DNA from: an uncultured Eubacteriales bacterium
GTDB lineage: Bacteria > Bacillota > Clostridia > TANB77 > CAG-508
DNA: 64,000 nt
Assembly (NCBI GenBank): GCA_948468315.1
Contig: CAOKHL010000004.1
Span: forward strand, 19,314 to 83,313
Direction: 5' to 3'
In this document: in pieces, positions 1 to 10,427 of the stretch
Layout: each line of letters starts with the position of its first letter
How positions within the stretch are numbered: the first letter of the stretch is position 1
The notes under the pieces: model-generated
What the model was told of the DNA's origin: nothing
The model's input: the letters and a program-made list of their open reading frames with translations, nothing else
Database searches by the model: none
Program-made: the position numbers and the translations under genes

Positions 1-1015
1 TCAAAAATTGCCTGTTTCTGTTTCTTTTCTTTATTTAATGATTCTGCTGTTTCTTTTAGCTTATCAGCCTTTTCCTGATACTTATCCATTTCTTTCTTAT
101 AGTAATTTTTTAAATGTTCTCTCGCATCACTATTTTTCATTTCTTGCCTACATGCAGGACATATAGGGTGTTCATTTTCAATTTCTTTTAATTTTTTATT
201 TTCTCTGTTATATTGTTCTGATATATTGGTTAAATCCACTTTAACAATTTCCTCTAGCCTTTTATTTATATTTGCAATATTCCTTTGTATGTCCTCCAAA
301 TTAGAATTGTCAAAACTAAATAATATATTTTCATATCTCTGTTGTAATTCCTTTAACTCTCGCTCTTTTTGAAATTCTATCATTGTTCCTTCATCTTCTA
401 AAGCAATTTTTTCTAATGCCTCTACCATACCAACATATTTATCTCTATCTTTTTCCAACTCATAAATAGCTTGATTCTTTTTTGTTGTATAACTATTTAA
501 TTGCTCTATTGGATTTCCAATAATTTTTTTGTCGTCTTCAGACAAAAGATTAAAAGCATCTTCTGGTTCAATTGTAGGCAATATATTTCTAATTAAATCT
601 TTCTGTTCTTTAGGTTCTAATGTCCAAAAATAATAAGGATTGTGTGCTACAAGAAAAACATCTTTATCTTTATAAAAATTCACTAAATTCTCTTGTTTTA
701 TCTCTTTACCATCTAGTATTAATTGTAATTCTTTCCCCTTGTTTCTAACAAGCCTATGTTCTATTTCGAAATTATCAACAAATGTCATATCAACTATAAC
801 ATTGCTGACCTTTCTAGTGTCATTTGCTACTTGCTCTTTTTCTTTTCCAATTAAACTTGTACCTGTTAAACACCAATTAAACAGACTTCCTACTGTTGTT
901 TTTCTTTGAAAATTACCACCTACTATATATGTTTTATTTTCATTAAATTCTGCACTAAAACCATCAGGCAAATCTTTATATCCAACAACATTATTAATAC
1001 TTTTTATATACATTC
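1..1015 (-). CDS. SbcC/Rad50-like AAA ATPase, N-terminal part (runs off window start); phage-associated recombination/repair ATPase
   Basis: Reverse-strand translation from ATG at ~1015 gives MYIKSINNVVGYKDLPDGF...IVGGNFQRKTT (degenerate P-loop), long coiled-coil and a CPAC zinc-hook-like motif; no stop before position 1. Confidence 0.4.
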
Positions 1016-1026
1016 TTTCCACCTTT

Positions 1027-1582
1027 CTATCCAACCATTTTATTTAGATTGAATAATGCTTCAAAATCACTTTCATCTGGGTTTCCTAATATATCTTCTA
1101 TCTTATTTTCATTTAGAAATCCATTTTCTGCTATCGCTGATTCTTCTAAATTATTTTCTTCATTATTATTGTCATCATTTGATGTAAATTTTGATTTTTC
1201 CGCATCATCAATTGTAGGAATAGCAAATGTTTGAGTTATTGCATACTTGTATGCACCACTTAATGCTTTGTAAATAGCCCATCCGTTCTTTATCGCATCC
1301 CTCTCCTGGAACATTTACATCTAGATAATCACATTCACCCTTTTCATTTGGATCTGCATCATAAAATCTATATGTCATTGCAATTATCACATCATTGCCT
1401 CTTGCTGTTATTTGTTTTATCTCTAATGGGAACATTATGACTTTTTCATCTATCATTGCTTCTCTTGCTTTATATATAATCATTGCTATAGATGCATAGT
1501 CGAAATTTTTATCCGTATTAGTTTTATCCTTTATGATAGGTCCTATTTTAGTCATTACATTTAGTATTTTTCGTATTATCAT
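1027..1582 (-). CDS. ERF-family ssDNA-annealing protein, encoded by two overlapping ORFs (1208..1582 and 1027..1314) that join by a +1 shift at an in-frame CGG (+strand 1283-1285)
   Basis: N-terminal MTKIGPIIKDKTNTDKNFDYASIAMIIYKAREAM matches the ERF N-terminal motif; skipping the C of gaa-CGG-atg continues as ...KEGWAIYKALSGAYKY... into the acidic C-terminal tail. Joined length ~184 aa is ERF-like. Confidence 0.4.
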
Positions 1583-2168
1583 TTTTATTTTTCCTCTCCC
1601 TGATATTATTCATTTTTATTTTTCTTTCTATTGAAAAAATTTGTACATTCTTATCATTTTGTATAGATTCCATTATTCTAATATCAGTTATTTTATTCTC
1701 ATTTAGTAAAACATATTGAAAAGGTATCTCTAAATTTTTAAATTCATTTAATGTATTTTCCAATATATTTACACTTTTGTTTCTTACAGGCCAAAATACT
1801 GATTTCCAGCCTATTATTATATAAGATTTATTATCTCTTTGAAATTTTCTATAAATGTCTATTTTTTTGAATTTGTTATTACTAATTGGTTCTTCTTCTT
1901 TAATTCTTGCTTTTATCAATTCATATCCTTGTTTGGTTGTACATAATCTAATTTCATATTTGTCTGTTTTATTTCTTTTTTCTCCTAGCACCCTTTCTAT
2001 AGAATTTTCATCGAACCAATCTTTCTCTCCAAATATTAAATCTATATAATAATCATTATAAAAATCATCTTTTCTTATAATAAATCCTAGCTTATTTTCT
2101 ACTTTTCCAAATTTTTTCCCTATTCCATTAACTTTAACTAATTCATTATAATTATATTTATTTCTCAT
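1548..2168 (-). CDS. hypothetical protein (phage-like module)
   Basis: 206-aa ORF, good coding look, no recognisable motif. Confidence 0.35.
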   Translation of the reverse strand: MRNKYNYNELVKVNGIGKKFGKVENKLGFIIRKDDFYNDYYIDLIFGEKDWFDENSIERVLGEKRNKTDKYEIRLCTTKQGYELIKARIKEEEPISNNKFKKIDIYRKFQRDNKSYIIIGWKSVFWPVRNKSVNILENTLNEFKNLEIPFQYVLLNENKITDIRIMESIQNDKNVQIFSIERKIKMNNIRERKNKNDNTKNTKCND

Positions 2169-2394
2169 ATGTTTTTATCCTTTATTTATCCAGTTCTTCT
2201 TTCAGAACATAATAAAAATTTTTTGAATATTTTTTTATTTTGCTCTTGTTTTCTTCGTAAAAATTGTGTATAATTTTAGCAATATAAACTATAATATTTA
2301 TAGTTACAAGTAATGTAATTATAAGGGACTTTTTAATTATCTTAATCATTTTTAAAATTTCCTTTCATAATAAAAAAAGCTGTTTAAGTCCTAA

Positions 2395-3456
2395 TTAAAC
2401 GGCTTCTTTTAATTCGCTTATTGTTCCATCTGGTTTTATTATTTGTTTTATTTTGTATTTACATAGAATGTTCATATTTGCTTCAACTTTTGCTTTTTCG
2501 ATTTCAATTAGTGTTCCTTCACCATACTGTAGTATTTCTTGACTTGCATTTGGATGTAAAATATATTCTATATTTTGACCATTGAAATCTTCAAATACAA
2601 TCTTGTCAAACTTTTGTCCATTAACCAGAGTAGGTAAAAATTTCTTTGCCACCATATAATTTGAATAATCTTCTTTTTGTTTTGATAATTCTTTTTTCTC
2701 TGTCATGTCTATTACTTTATTGTCTGTTTCACCTTCAGTTGTTGACTTTTTAGTATCTTTTTTTGTACTTTTTTCATTTTCTTTATTAATAGCTTCAGCT
2801 AATTGCTTTTTTTCTTGCATATTGGTTTGACTTAATTTTGATGTTGCATCTTCTACTAATTGTGGCTTTATATCTGTTCTATGTAAATCAACACTATAAT
2901 AAGTACCATAAGCAAGACTTTGTTGTTCTGTAAGTGTTAATTCAAATGGTACATCAACAATACTCATTCCAGCTTTTTTATATTTATAAATTTCAGATGC
3001 AATATTAGATAATGAGTTTCCACCAGAAGTACTTAAATTCCATACTCCTCCTGCATTTATTCCCTCAAGTACAAATTTCAAACTTCCTTTTAATTTACAC
3101 TTACCACTTAACCTGTGTTCACATTCATCATTACATTCTACTTCTATTTGTGTATTATTATTTTTAGCATCTTTTCCAACTGTTATTGCTTTTGTTCCAT
3201 TCCCAATACATGCTATTTTACCATTTACATATCTTTTAAATCTAAAAGTGAATGGGCTTTCAGATGTGAATCTTATTTTTAATTTAGTTGGTTTGCCAGG
3301 ATATAATTGTTTAAAAATATCAACAATTTCACTACTTGTACCTTTATCTTCTTCGACATGAAAATATGGTAATTTTTCTGGTATCCCTCTCTCATTCTTC
3401 TTTCCAGTCTTTATATTTCCTACTACTCTTTCTCTGACTAAATCTTGTAAATTCAT
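2395..3456 (-). CDS. hypothetical phage-associated protein with Cys cluster (CNDECEHRLSGKC)
   Basis: 353-aa ORF; Gly/Ser-rich loop GGVWNLSTSGGNSLSN; no confident family. Confidence 0.35.
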   Translation of the reverse strand: MNLQDLVRERVVGNIKTGKKNERGIPEKLPYFHVEEDKGTSSEIVDIFKQLYPGKPTKLKIRFTSESPFTFRFKRYVNGKIACIGNGTKAITVGKDAKNNNTQIEVECNDECEHRLSGKCKLKGSLKFVLEGINAGGVWNLSTSGGNSLSNIASEIYKYKKAGMSIVDVPFELTLTEQQSLAYGTYYSVDLHRTDIKPQLVEDATSKLSQTNMQEKKQLAEAINKENEKSTKKDTKKSTTEGETDNKVIDMTEKKELSKQKEDYSNYMVAKKFLPTLVNGQKFDKIVFEDFNGQNIEYILHPNASQEILQYGEGTLIEIEKAKVEANMNILCKYKIKQIIKPDGTISELKEAV

Positions 3457-3476
3457 ACTCTTTTTTCTCCTCCTTT

Positions 3477-3716
3477 TTAAGCAGCAATTTCTTCAAATTG
3501 TTCTTCTGCATAATTAACTAAATCTACCAACTGCTTTGTTATTTCTCTTTTTAGTTCTTCATAATCTTTCTTATTAATATATGAATCTTCTCTTTCAAAT
3601 TCGTTCTCTTCAGGGTTAATATTATTAATTTTAGTATCATTATTACACAACAAATTTTCAAATTCCCATATAATGTCTTTAGCTGTTTCTTCACACCACG
3701 ATTTACTAACTAGCAT
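3477..3716 (-). CDS. hypothetical small protein
   Basis: 79-aa ORF overlapping the next gene by 11 nt (operon-like). Confidence 0.3.
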   Translation of the reverse strand: MLVSKSWCEETAKDIIWEFENLLCNNDTKINNINPEENEFEREDSYINKKDYEELKREITKQLVDLVNYAEEQFEEIAA

Positions 3717-4065
3717 ATTTTAATACCTCCTGGTTATATGAATATTCATATAATTTTTCTAAATTTAAATTGACCACAGGTAATTGTAAAAACTTTACTG
3801 TCACTTTGTTAGGTATTCCTGTTGCAATCCCTAAATCTAACAGAAAACTTATCAAGTTACTATTTGCATAATTATCTATAACAACTTGGTTTCCTTCTAA
3901 TTTTTCTTTTACATTAACCGTTACATTTGATATGTGAGAAATATTTTTGTCATTTTCTATTTTTCCATAAACTGCTAAACTTAAATTTCCTTTTTCGTAT
4001 TCTCCCACATCAAAGAAACAGTCTTTGTATTTTACACAATTTGATTCATAGTTAAATGTTTTCAA
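3706..4065 (-). CDS. hypothetical protein
   Basis: 119-aa ORF. Confidence 0.3.
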   Translation of the reverse strand: MKTFNYESNCVKYKDCFFDVGEYEKGNLSLAVYGKIENDKNISHISNVTVNVKEKLEGNQVVIDNYANSNLISFLLDLGIATGIPNKVTVKFLQLPVVNLNLEKLYEYSYNQEVLKYAS

Positions 4066-4567
4066 TTACTTTCCCTCCATTCTTATAAATTAATTTTTAT
4101 TTTGTATTCAAAAACAAATAATCTATCCTCCTTTCCTATTTTTGCACAAAAAAATAACAAGTTTGACTTTTTCAAATCTTACTTGTTTTTTTGTTTATTT
4201 GATTTTAAGCACAATTCCCCCTATAGCTGTGTTTTACTCTATAAGTGGCATAACTAAAAAGTGCTACTTACTTTACCTTTGCTAAAATGCAAAGTCAATG
4301 CTGATAATTCAGCTTTACCCTGCCTATACAGGTCTACCTATAAAACATATAGGTACTAATTTTGAATACATTAATATTATAATTGATTTTTTTATGAAAT
4401 GGAATAGGCACATCATAAATTTTTTTATACTTGATATTCTAAGTGCTTGTTGTCTTTTTGATATCCGATTATCAAAATCATATAGATTTTCACGAGTTTC
4501 TACTTACTACTTTTTATATTTTATAACTTAATCCTACTGTTATTGGATGTAATTCACCTTTCTTTTT

Positions 4568-4873
4568 TTATATATTATAATTAAAAGAATTGCTTATCTC
4601 TACCATTTTTTCTGTTAAAGCAGCATAATCTTTTTTATCCACATTTTTATCTGCTAAAGATTTCTTAAAAGGAGTTTCTTCATCTTTTTCATCATCATAA
4701 TATAATAAAAGTTCATATACAATCATATCATATTCATATAATGTATATAGTTTGTCTTCTATTAAAATATCCAATTTTCTTAATATTTCTTTATCTTTAC
4801 TGTCTATATAATTTTTTAATTCTACTATTTTATTATTATGATATTTATATCTCCACTTTTCATAACCATCCAT
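4568..4873 (-). CDS. hypothetical protein
   Basis: 101-aa ORF. Confidence 0.3.
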   Translation of the reverse strand: MDGYEKWRYKYHNNKIVELKNYIDSKDKEILRKLDILIEDKLYTLYEYDMIVYELLLYYDDEKDEETPFKKSLADKNVDKKDYAALTEKMVEISNSFNYNI

Positions 4874-4922
4874 ATCTATTGCTCCTTCTTTTAGAATAAT
4901 TTTGCTTTTGTTTTATAATAGC

Positions 4923-5477
4923 TCATTTAATTATTCTAAAAAATTTTAATATTTTTTTCAAAATTCTTGTTTTAGTATCTATATTCTTTATATCTACCAT
5001 TGAAACTTCATTTTTCTCTATCTCACTTTTACTATTTACTTCTATAAAAAATTCTTCTATTGTTTCTTGAAGAATCTCAGCATTGACAGGCTTTCTTATA
5101 ATTCTAAAAACCTCAAATTTATTTGCTTTATTTATTAATTCATAATCTGAAGCATCACCTGTAATTATGATAAATTGAGGTTTATCTTTAATATTTTCAT
5201 TATATACTTTTTCAATTACATCAATTCCGTTTAATCCTGGCATTTGATTGTCTGTAATTACTAAATCTGGTTTCAATTCTATAATCTTTTGATATTCTTC
5301 AATTCCATTATTAGCACTTCCTAATAATTTAATCCTAATATCTTCTTTTAAAATATTTTCAATTGTTTTTGTTATTATTTCAATATCGTCTACTATAAAA
5401 ACTTTCAACTTTTCTTCTTTATACTCTTTATTATTAGATTTGTTATTTTCTAAGTTTTTCGCATTATCACTATTCAT
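4923..5477 (-). CDS. stand-alone response-regulator receiver domain protein (CheY/Spo0A-N-like)
   Basis: VFIVDDIEIITKTI...LVITDNQMPGLNGIDVIEKV receiver signature; no output domain. Confidence 0.6.
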   Translation of the reverse strand: MNSDNAKNLENNKSNNKEYKEEKLKVFIVDDIEIITKTIENILKEDIRIKLLGSANNGIEEYQKIIELKPDLVITDNQMPGLNGIDVIEKVYNENIKDKPQFIIITGDASDYELINKANKFEVFRIIRKPVNAEILQETIEEFFIEVNSKSEIEKNEVSMVDIKNIDTKTRILKKILKFFRIIK

Positions 5478-5581
5478 TTTTATATCCTTCTTTCTTTTAT
5501 ATCTTGTATTTTTGCTAGATGGTACACAATGTTTCTCATATAAAAATATAGTATTATTATTTTAAATCTTTTTGCTATGAG

Positions 5582-5860
5582 GTGAATAATAATACTATGA
5601 AAACAAAAAATTTAAATGGGTACATGAATGTTGTTGGTTCTAATATAAAAAAATATAGAGAACTTAGAGGTTTATCTCAAAGACAACTTTCTGATAAATT
5701 AGCATTACTAGGTGTGAATATGTATGATTCTGATATTTGTCGAATTGAAGCACATACATTATTTATTAGAGATTTTGAACAAAAAGCTATTTGTAAAGTT
5801 CTTAACATTACTTATGACCAATTATTTGAAAATACAGATATATTTTTTGAAAGCAAATAA
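5582..5860 (+). CDS. XRE-family HTH transcriptional regulator
   Basis: IKKYRELRGLSQRQLSDKL helix-turn-helix. Confidence 0.6.
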   Translation: MNNNTMKTKNLNGYMNVVGSNIKKYRELRGLSQRQLSDKLALLGVNMYDSDICRIEAHTLFIRDFEQKAICKVLNITYDQLFENTDIFFESK

Positions 5861-5875
5861 AATAAATTATTTGCT

Positions 5876-6400
5876 TTATTTTTTTTCATCTACTATCTTT
5901 AATATTAGATTTTCAATATCAATATTTTCGTTTTTACTAACTTTTATTGTAGTATTTTTATAAAATCTTTCTTTATGACTATCTATATAATTTTGTGCAT
6001 TTTCTCTTGTAAAAAAACTATATTGATTTTTATCGTCGTCTTCAATTACAAATAATGCTATTTTTCCTATTATACCATCATCTTGCCTAATTTTTTGAGA
6101 TTTTATACTATTTTCTAAATTCTCCAATTCTAATTTTCTATATCTTTCATTTTCATCTTCTATTTTTTGATTCTTTTCGAATATTTTTATAGTACTTTCA
6201 AGTATCTCTATAATCTCTTCATCATCACATTTCTTTAATAAATTAAATATTAAAATTCTTTCATCATGATATTTTTCTTGATTATTTTTAGTTGCATCTA
6301 TAATCTCATTAGCTTTTTTTATTGTGTCTTCTTTTAACATATTTTCACCTCTTTTCGTTATATTTACAAAAATTGTATCATACGCCTTATATAAAATCAA
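5876..6400 (-). CDS. hypothetical protein
   Basis: 174-aa ORF, coiled-coil-like. Confidence 0.3.
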   Translation of the reverse strand: MILYKAYDTIFVNITKRGENMLKEDTIKKANEIIDATKNNQEKYHDERILIFNLLKKCDDEEIIEILESTIKIFEKNQKIEDENERYRKLELENLENSIKSQKIRQDDGIIGKIALFVIEDDDKNQYSFFTRENAQNYIDSHKERFYKNTTIKVSKNENIDIENLILKIVDEKK

Positions 6401-6490
6401 TATTTTATTTATAAAATGCCATAATAACTATATAAGTTCGTTTATTTTCGTTAATATCTGCTATATTATGCTTTTACAAGGAGGGATATT

Positions 6491-6847
6491 ATGAAAAAAC
6501 AAGTAGCTTTAAAAGGAATTGGTGAAAATATTCAAAAGGCTCGTTTAAAAAAGAATTTAACTCAAGAACAATTAGCTGAAAAATGTAATGTTTCTTCTGA
6601 ATATATTAGCACTCTTGAAAGAGGAATTTCTGCTGGAAGTATTTCGTTGATAGTTGATATATGTAATGTATTAGATATAACTCCTAATTACGTATTTAAC
6701 AAATGCATAAATAATTGTGATTCAAATTATAATATTGACATTTTAGATACTGAAACATCAGTTACCTATCTAAAACTAAAAGATGATAATAAAAACTTTG
6801 TAAAAAATACAATTAAACATTTATATTCTATGCAAAAAAAGAGATAA
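6491..6847 (+). CDS. XRE-family HTH transcriptional regulator
   Basis: IQKARLKKNLTQEQLAEKCNVSSEYISTLERG HTH_XRE. Confidence 0.65.
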   Translation: MKKQVALKGIGENIQKARLKKNLTQEQLAEKCNVSSEYISTLERGISAGSISLIVDICNVLDITPNYVFNKCINNCDSNYNIDILDTETSVTYLKLKDDNKNFVKNTIKHLYSMQKKR

Positions 6848-6888
6848 TGTGTACCTTGTGTACTTTTATCTTTTTTTTATATCTTAAT
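6838..6888 (+). terminator. rho-independent terminator after the XRE gene
   Basis: agataatgtgtacc..gtgtacttttatct hairpin followed by T8. Confidence 0.5.
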
Positions 6889-6965
6889 TTTTTATTCTTT
6901 ATTTCTTATATATTCTTATAAAATATTTAAAGTAATTATAAAAGTTACATAATCTGTTGCTTTTG

Positions 6966-7000
6966 TTGACTTTTTTGGAAAATTGTGCTATACTATACTA
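6966..7000 (+). promoter_or_regulatory. sigma-A-like promoter for the AspRS gene (TTGACT..TGcTATACT) followed by a leader hairpin gtaaacc..ggtttac
   Basis: -35 ttgact, 17-nt spacer, extended -10 tgctatact; RBS aggagg 8 nt before ATG 7078. Confidence 0.45.
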
Positions 7001-7077
7001 GTAAACCCTTTGTAGTGATAGGCTTAAGGTGGTTTACTCGCACATTGAAAAAATAATTTACAATAGGAGGTATCTTC

Positions 7078-8391
7078 ATGAAAAAAACAAACATCAGGGA
7101 TTTAATCCCCAACGAACGCTCCAAAATCTGTGGCTTCGTTGAAGCAATTCGGAAAACCAAAAACAACTACTTCGTTGTTGTACGTGACCGTTCGCAGAGT
7201 ATTCAGGTTTACATTAATGTCAAGGAAAATCCTGAACTGATAAAGACAATTGACTCTATTAATGTAGAGTCTACTGTCGAAGTCATTGGCATCGCAAATC
7301 TGAACCCCTACGTGAAAAACGGCGGTATTGAATTCATTCCTGAATCCATTTCTGTCGTCAGTGTCGCTGCTGCTGGTCTTCCGATTGACAGCAATAGCTC
7401 TCCTGAGCTTCGTATGGATTGGCGGTATCTGGATCTTCGCAATCCTAAAAATCTTCTGATTTTTGAATTGCAGACAGTTATCGAACATGCAATGAGGGAG
7501 TATTGGATGAACAATGGTTTCATTGAAATCCACACTCCAAAACTGATGAGTACTTCAAGTGAATCTGGCAGTGAACTTTTCAAGCTTGACTATTTTGGAG
7601 GAGAGGCTTACTTGTCTCAATCTCCGCAATTTTACAAGCAGATGGCTATGAATGCTGGTTTTGAAAAAATCTTTGAGATTGGTCCGGTCTTTCGTGCTAA
7701 TCCCAGCTTCACTGCACGCCATGAAACAGAGTTCATTAGTGTAGATGCAGAGATTTCTTGGATTAACTCTCATGAAGATGTTATGAAACTGGAAGAAGAA
7801 TGGATTGCCTATTTTATGGCAAAGGCACAAGAAAAACTTGGTGAAAAGGTTGCTGCTCTTTATGGCATCACAATCGAAGTTCCCAAGCTTCCGTTCCCTC
7901 GGATTTCTCTTGCAGAAGCAAAAGAAATTATTCGTGAACGTGGATATGTGTCTCCCAAAGACGATGACCTTAATCCTGATGATGAAAGAATTCTTTCCGA
8001 ATATGTTAAGGAAAAATTTGGTCATGACTTTGTCTTTGTTACAGACTATCCTGTTTCTGCTCGTCCGTTCTACCACATGCGTCACGAAAACAATCCTACT
8101 CTGACTAAGAGCTTTGACTTGCTTTATCGCGGTATTGAAGTAACAACTGGTGCTCAAAGAGAGCATCGTTATGATGTCTTGAAGGCACAAATCCTCGAAA
8201 AGCAGGAAACTGAGAACGATGCAAAATTACTTGAATCTCTCAAGTATTACCTGCAGTTCTTCGAATACGGAACTGTCCCTCATGGTGGTTATGGTTTTGG
8301 TTTGTCACGTCTGATTATGAAGCTCCTTGAGCTTCCCAACATTAGAAGTGTGACATTCTTGTCTCGTAACCCTAAAAGACTTACCCCTTAA
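7078..8391 (+). CDS. aspS: aspartyl-tRNA synthetase, archaeal/eukaryal type (class IIb, ~437 aa), compositionally foreign
   Basis: Motif 2 FRANPSFTARHETEFISVDAE; motif 3 GGYGFGLSRL; C-terminal ...NPKRLTP. GC and codon usage (CTG, CGC, GGC and in-frame CGG) clearly differ from neighbours. Confidence 0.75.
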   Translation: MKKTNIRDLIPNERSKICGFVEAIRKTKNNYFVVVRDRSQSIQVYINVKENPELIKTIDSINVESTVEVIGIANLNPYVKNGGIEFIPESISVVSVAAAGLPIDSNSSPELRMDWRYLDLRNPKNLLIFELQTVIEHAMREYWMNNGFIEIHTPKLMSTSSESGSELFKLDYFGGEAYLSQSPQFYKQMAMNAGFEKIFEIGPVFRANPSFTARHETEFISVDAEISWINSHEDVMKLEEEWIAYFMAKAQEKLGEKVAALYGITIEVPKLPFPRISLAEAKEIIRERGYVSPKDDDLNPDDERILSEYVKEKFGHDFVFVTDYPVSARPFYHMRHENNPTLTKSFDLLYRGIEVTTGAQREHRYDVLKAQILEKQETENDAKLLESLKYYLQFFEYGTVPHGGYGFGLSRLIMKLLELPNIRSVTFLSRNPKRLTP

Positions 8392-8464
8392 CCCTATCAC
8401 GTTGTCATTTATGACAGCAAAAAAACAGAAGCAAGCAGTTATTTACTGCTTGCTTCTTACAATT

Positions 8465-9043
8465 TTATTCATGTTCAGTTCCTTCATCTTTTTCAAAGTC
8501 CAAATAATAATCACTCATATTTCTTTCTATATAACTCTTAGCATAATCTAGTAATTCCTTTGCTGCTTCTGTTGATAAAAGTTCCCTATTAATTTCTCTG
8601 CCTTTAAACCTATACAACGATAATCTATCAGCATCCCATACACTTCCTATCATTCTATCTGTAGTTACTCGACCTTTATCATGATTTTTTATGGCATATA
8701 CTAATTTATCTATATCTACATCATATTTTTCAAAATATTCTTCTAATATGTTTTTAGCTATTGGACCACCTGCATCACCATGTGTTTGTCCTATCGCTTC
8801 ATGTCCTCTTCCAATATCATGCAATAAACATCCTAAGATTATATTATGTATTTCATTATCACACTCATTTATTGCAATTTTACTTCCTATATGTGTTGTG
8901 TGTTCAATATGAGCTAATCCATCTATACCATTTTTCACTTTGTATTTAGGATATATTACTCCTTTAGCTGATTTTACATATGGACTTTTATCTTCTTTCA
9001 CTTTTAATGAAGCAATAAATTGTTCTCTTTCCTTATTTGCCAT
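8465..9043 (-). CDS. HD-domain phosphohydrolase
   Basis: H..LLHDIGR HD motif. Confidence 0.55.
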   Translation of the reverse strand: MANKEREQFIASLKVKEDKSPYVKSAKGVIYPKYKVKNGIDGLAHIEHTTHIGSKIAINECDNEIHNIILGCLLHDIGRGHEAIGQTHGDAGGPIAKNILEEYFEKYDVDIDKLVYAIKNHDKGRVTTDRMIGSVWDADRLSLYRFKGREINRELLSTEAAKELLDYAKSYIERNMSDYYLDFEKDEGTEHE

Positions 9044-9065
9044 TTATTTCACTCCCTTTAATTGC

Positions 9066-9824
9066 CTAATTTATTTCTTCATTTGTTTCTATTAACTCTT
9101 TAAATGGTTTATATCCTTCAATAGGTATTTCTAACTTATATTTATTTTCTTTTTTATAAAAACTTTTATATACTTTTTTGTTTTTTATGCTTTGTATTAT
9201 TTTATATTCCCCATTATTTATAACTATAGCTGTTCCTTTTTCTAAAGCTATCATTGGCATTTCTACATCTTTCATTAGTCTTTCTAAATTTTCTTCACTT
9301 TTAATTCTTTCATCATAACTTGGACAAAATAATATATTAAATATATCCAATCCTTTAACAATTATATATTCATCATCTTCATTATTTTTCTTAGAATCTG
9401 AAATTCCATATTTACACCAACATATTGCTCCTGCTGAAATACCACAAAATACTTTTTCTTTTTTCAAAAAGCTTTTTAAAGTTTCATCAAATCCACTTTC
9501 ACTCCATAGTTGCATCATATTTAAAGTATTTCCGCCGCCTACATATACAATATCTGCCCATTCTATCTTTTTTTGTGCAATTTCTTTATTTTTTACTTCT
9601 TTTTTTGTGAGTATATCACAATTGCAATTAAATTTTTCTGTATATATCTTTTTCATAATTTCATAATATGAATCTTCATAGTTATTTCCATGTGCTAGAA
9701 ATAAAAAGTTGATATTGTTGACTTTATTTGTTAATTTTATGATTTCTTTGTCAATCTTTTCTGTTTCATATTCTGTTCCTTTTCTTCCATTTTCTCCGCC
9801 ACCAATTAATACAAACTTACTCAT
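9066..9824 (-). CDS. peptidase S51 (dipeptidase E / cyanophycinase-like, alpha-aspartyl peptidase)
   Basis: LIGGGENG...VYVGGGNT...CGISAGAICW Ser-nucleophile motif. Confidence 0.65.
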   Translation of the reverse strand: MSKFVLIGGGENGRKGTEYETEKIDKEIIKLTNKVNNINFLFLAHGNNYEDSYYEIMKKIYTEKFNCNCDILTKKEVKNKEIAQKKIEWADIVYVGGGNTLNMMQLWSESGFDETLKSFLKKEKVFCGISAGAICWCKYGISDSKKNNEDDEYIIVKGLDIFNILFCPSYDERIKSEENLERLMKDVEMPMIALEKGTAIVINNGEYKIIQSIKNKKVYKSFYKKENKYKLEIPIEGYKPFKELIETNEEIN

Positions 9825-9857
9825 ATTTATCTTTTCCTCTCATTTTCTATGATTTTC

Positions 9858-10427
9858 TCACATTAATTCTTCTTTTAAATATTCTTTTATTGCCTTAATT
9901 TGTTCTTCCTGATTTTTAGGAAGAATTGTATAATCTATTCCAAGTTTTTTGATTACTTCTAAGTATTTTTCTTCTATATCGTCTAAATATTTTTGACTTT
10001 TATCTTTGGTCCCGTATTGACTTAATAATTCATAATTTTTTGGTACATAAAATATCTTATCATATGGATGTATCTTTATCCATAAATCTAAAAAATCAAA
10101 TATAGATTTATGATATTCTTGTTTTAGTAAAACTGATGGATATACTATTTGGTCTATTAAACATCTATCTAATATAACTATTTCATTTGTTCCGTATTCA
10201 ATTTCAATTTCTCTTTCTAATAATTTTGTTATCATATAATATGTTATATCAAGTTCTGAAACATAATTATTCTTTAATTTATTTGCATTACTATAATCTA
10301 CTGGTGAATTTCTCCCACTAAAATTCGCAAATTCAATATTTGGAATATCAGAAAAATCTTCTTTTATCTTTTTTATAATTGTACTCTTTCCACAACAATG
10401 TGGACCTGTAACTACTATTTTTTTCAT
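9858..10427 (-). CDS. P-loop NTPase/kinase (NadR-C/AAA_28-like)
   Basis: Walker A VVTGPHCCGKST. Confidence 0.5.
   Translation of the reverse strand: MKKIVVTGPHCCGKSTIIKKIKEDFSDIPNIEFANFSGRNSPVDYSNANKLKNNYVSELDITYYMITKLLEREIEIEYGTNEIVILDRCLIDQIVYPSVLLKQEYHKSIFDFLDLWIKIHPYDKIFYVPKNYELLSQYGTKDKSQKYLDDIEEKYLEVIKKLGIDYTILPKNQEEQIKAIKEYLKEELM

Noticed and set aside
4200-4360. Structured-looking intergenic segment (tacctataaaacatataggta palindrome) considered as tRNA or small RNA
   Set aside because: No cloverleaf or conserved tRNA boxes; too AT-rich and short to call.
6950-7077. Possible T-box riboswitch upstream of the AspRS (AGGTGGTTTACTCGC resembles the T-box core)
   Set aside because: The leader is only ~85 nt with one simple hairpin; it lacks the specifier-loop, stem I and antiterminator architecture and length of T-boxes.
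7102-8190. Minus-strand ORFs (7102..7533, 7308..7583, 7555..8190) and the plus-strand ORF 7805..8104 overlapping AspRS
   Set aside because: Antisense or shadow ORFs inside a strongly conserved aaRS gene; GC-rich genes generate long spurious antisense ORFs.
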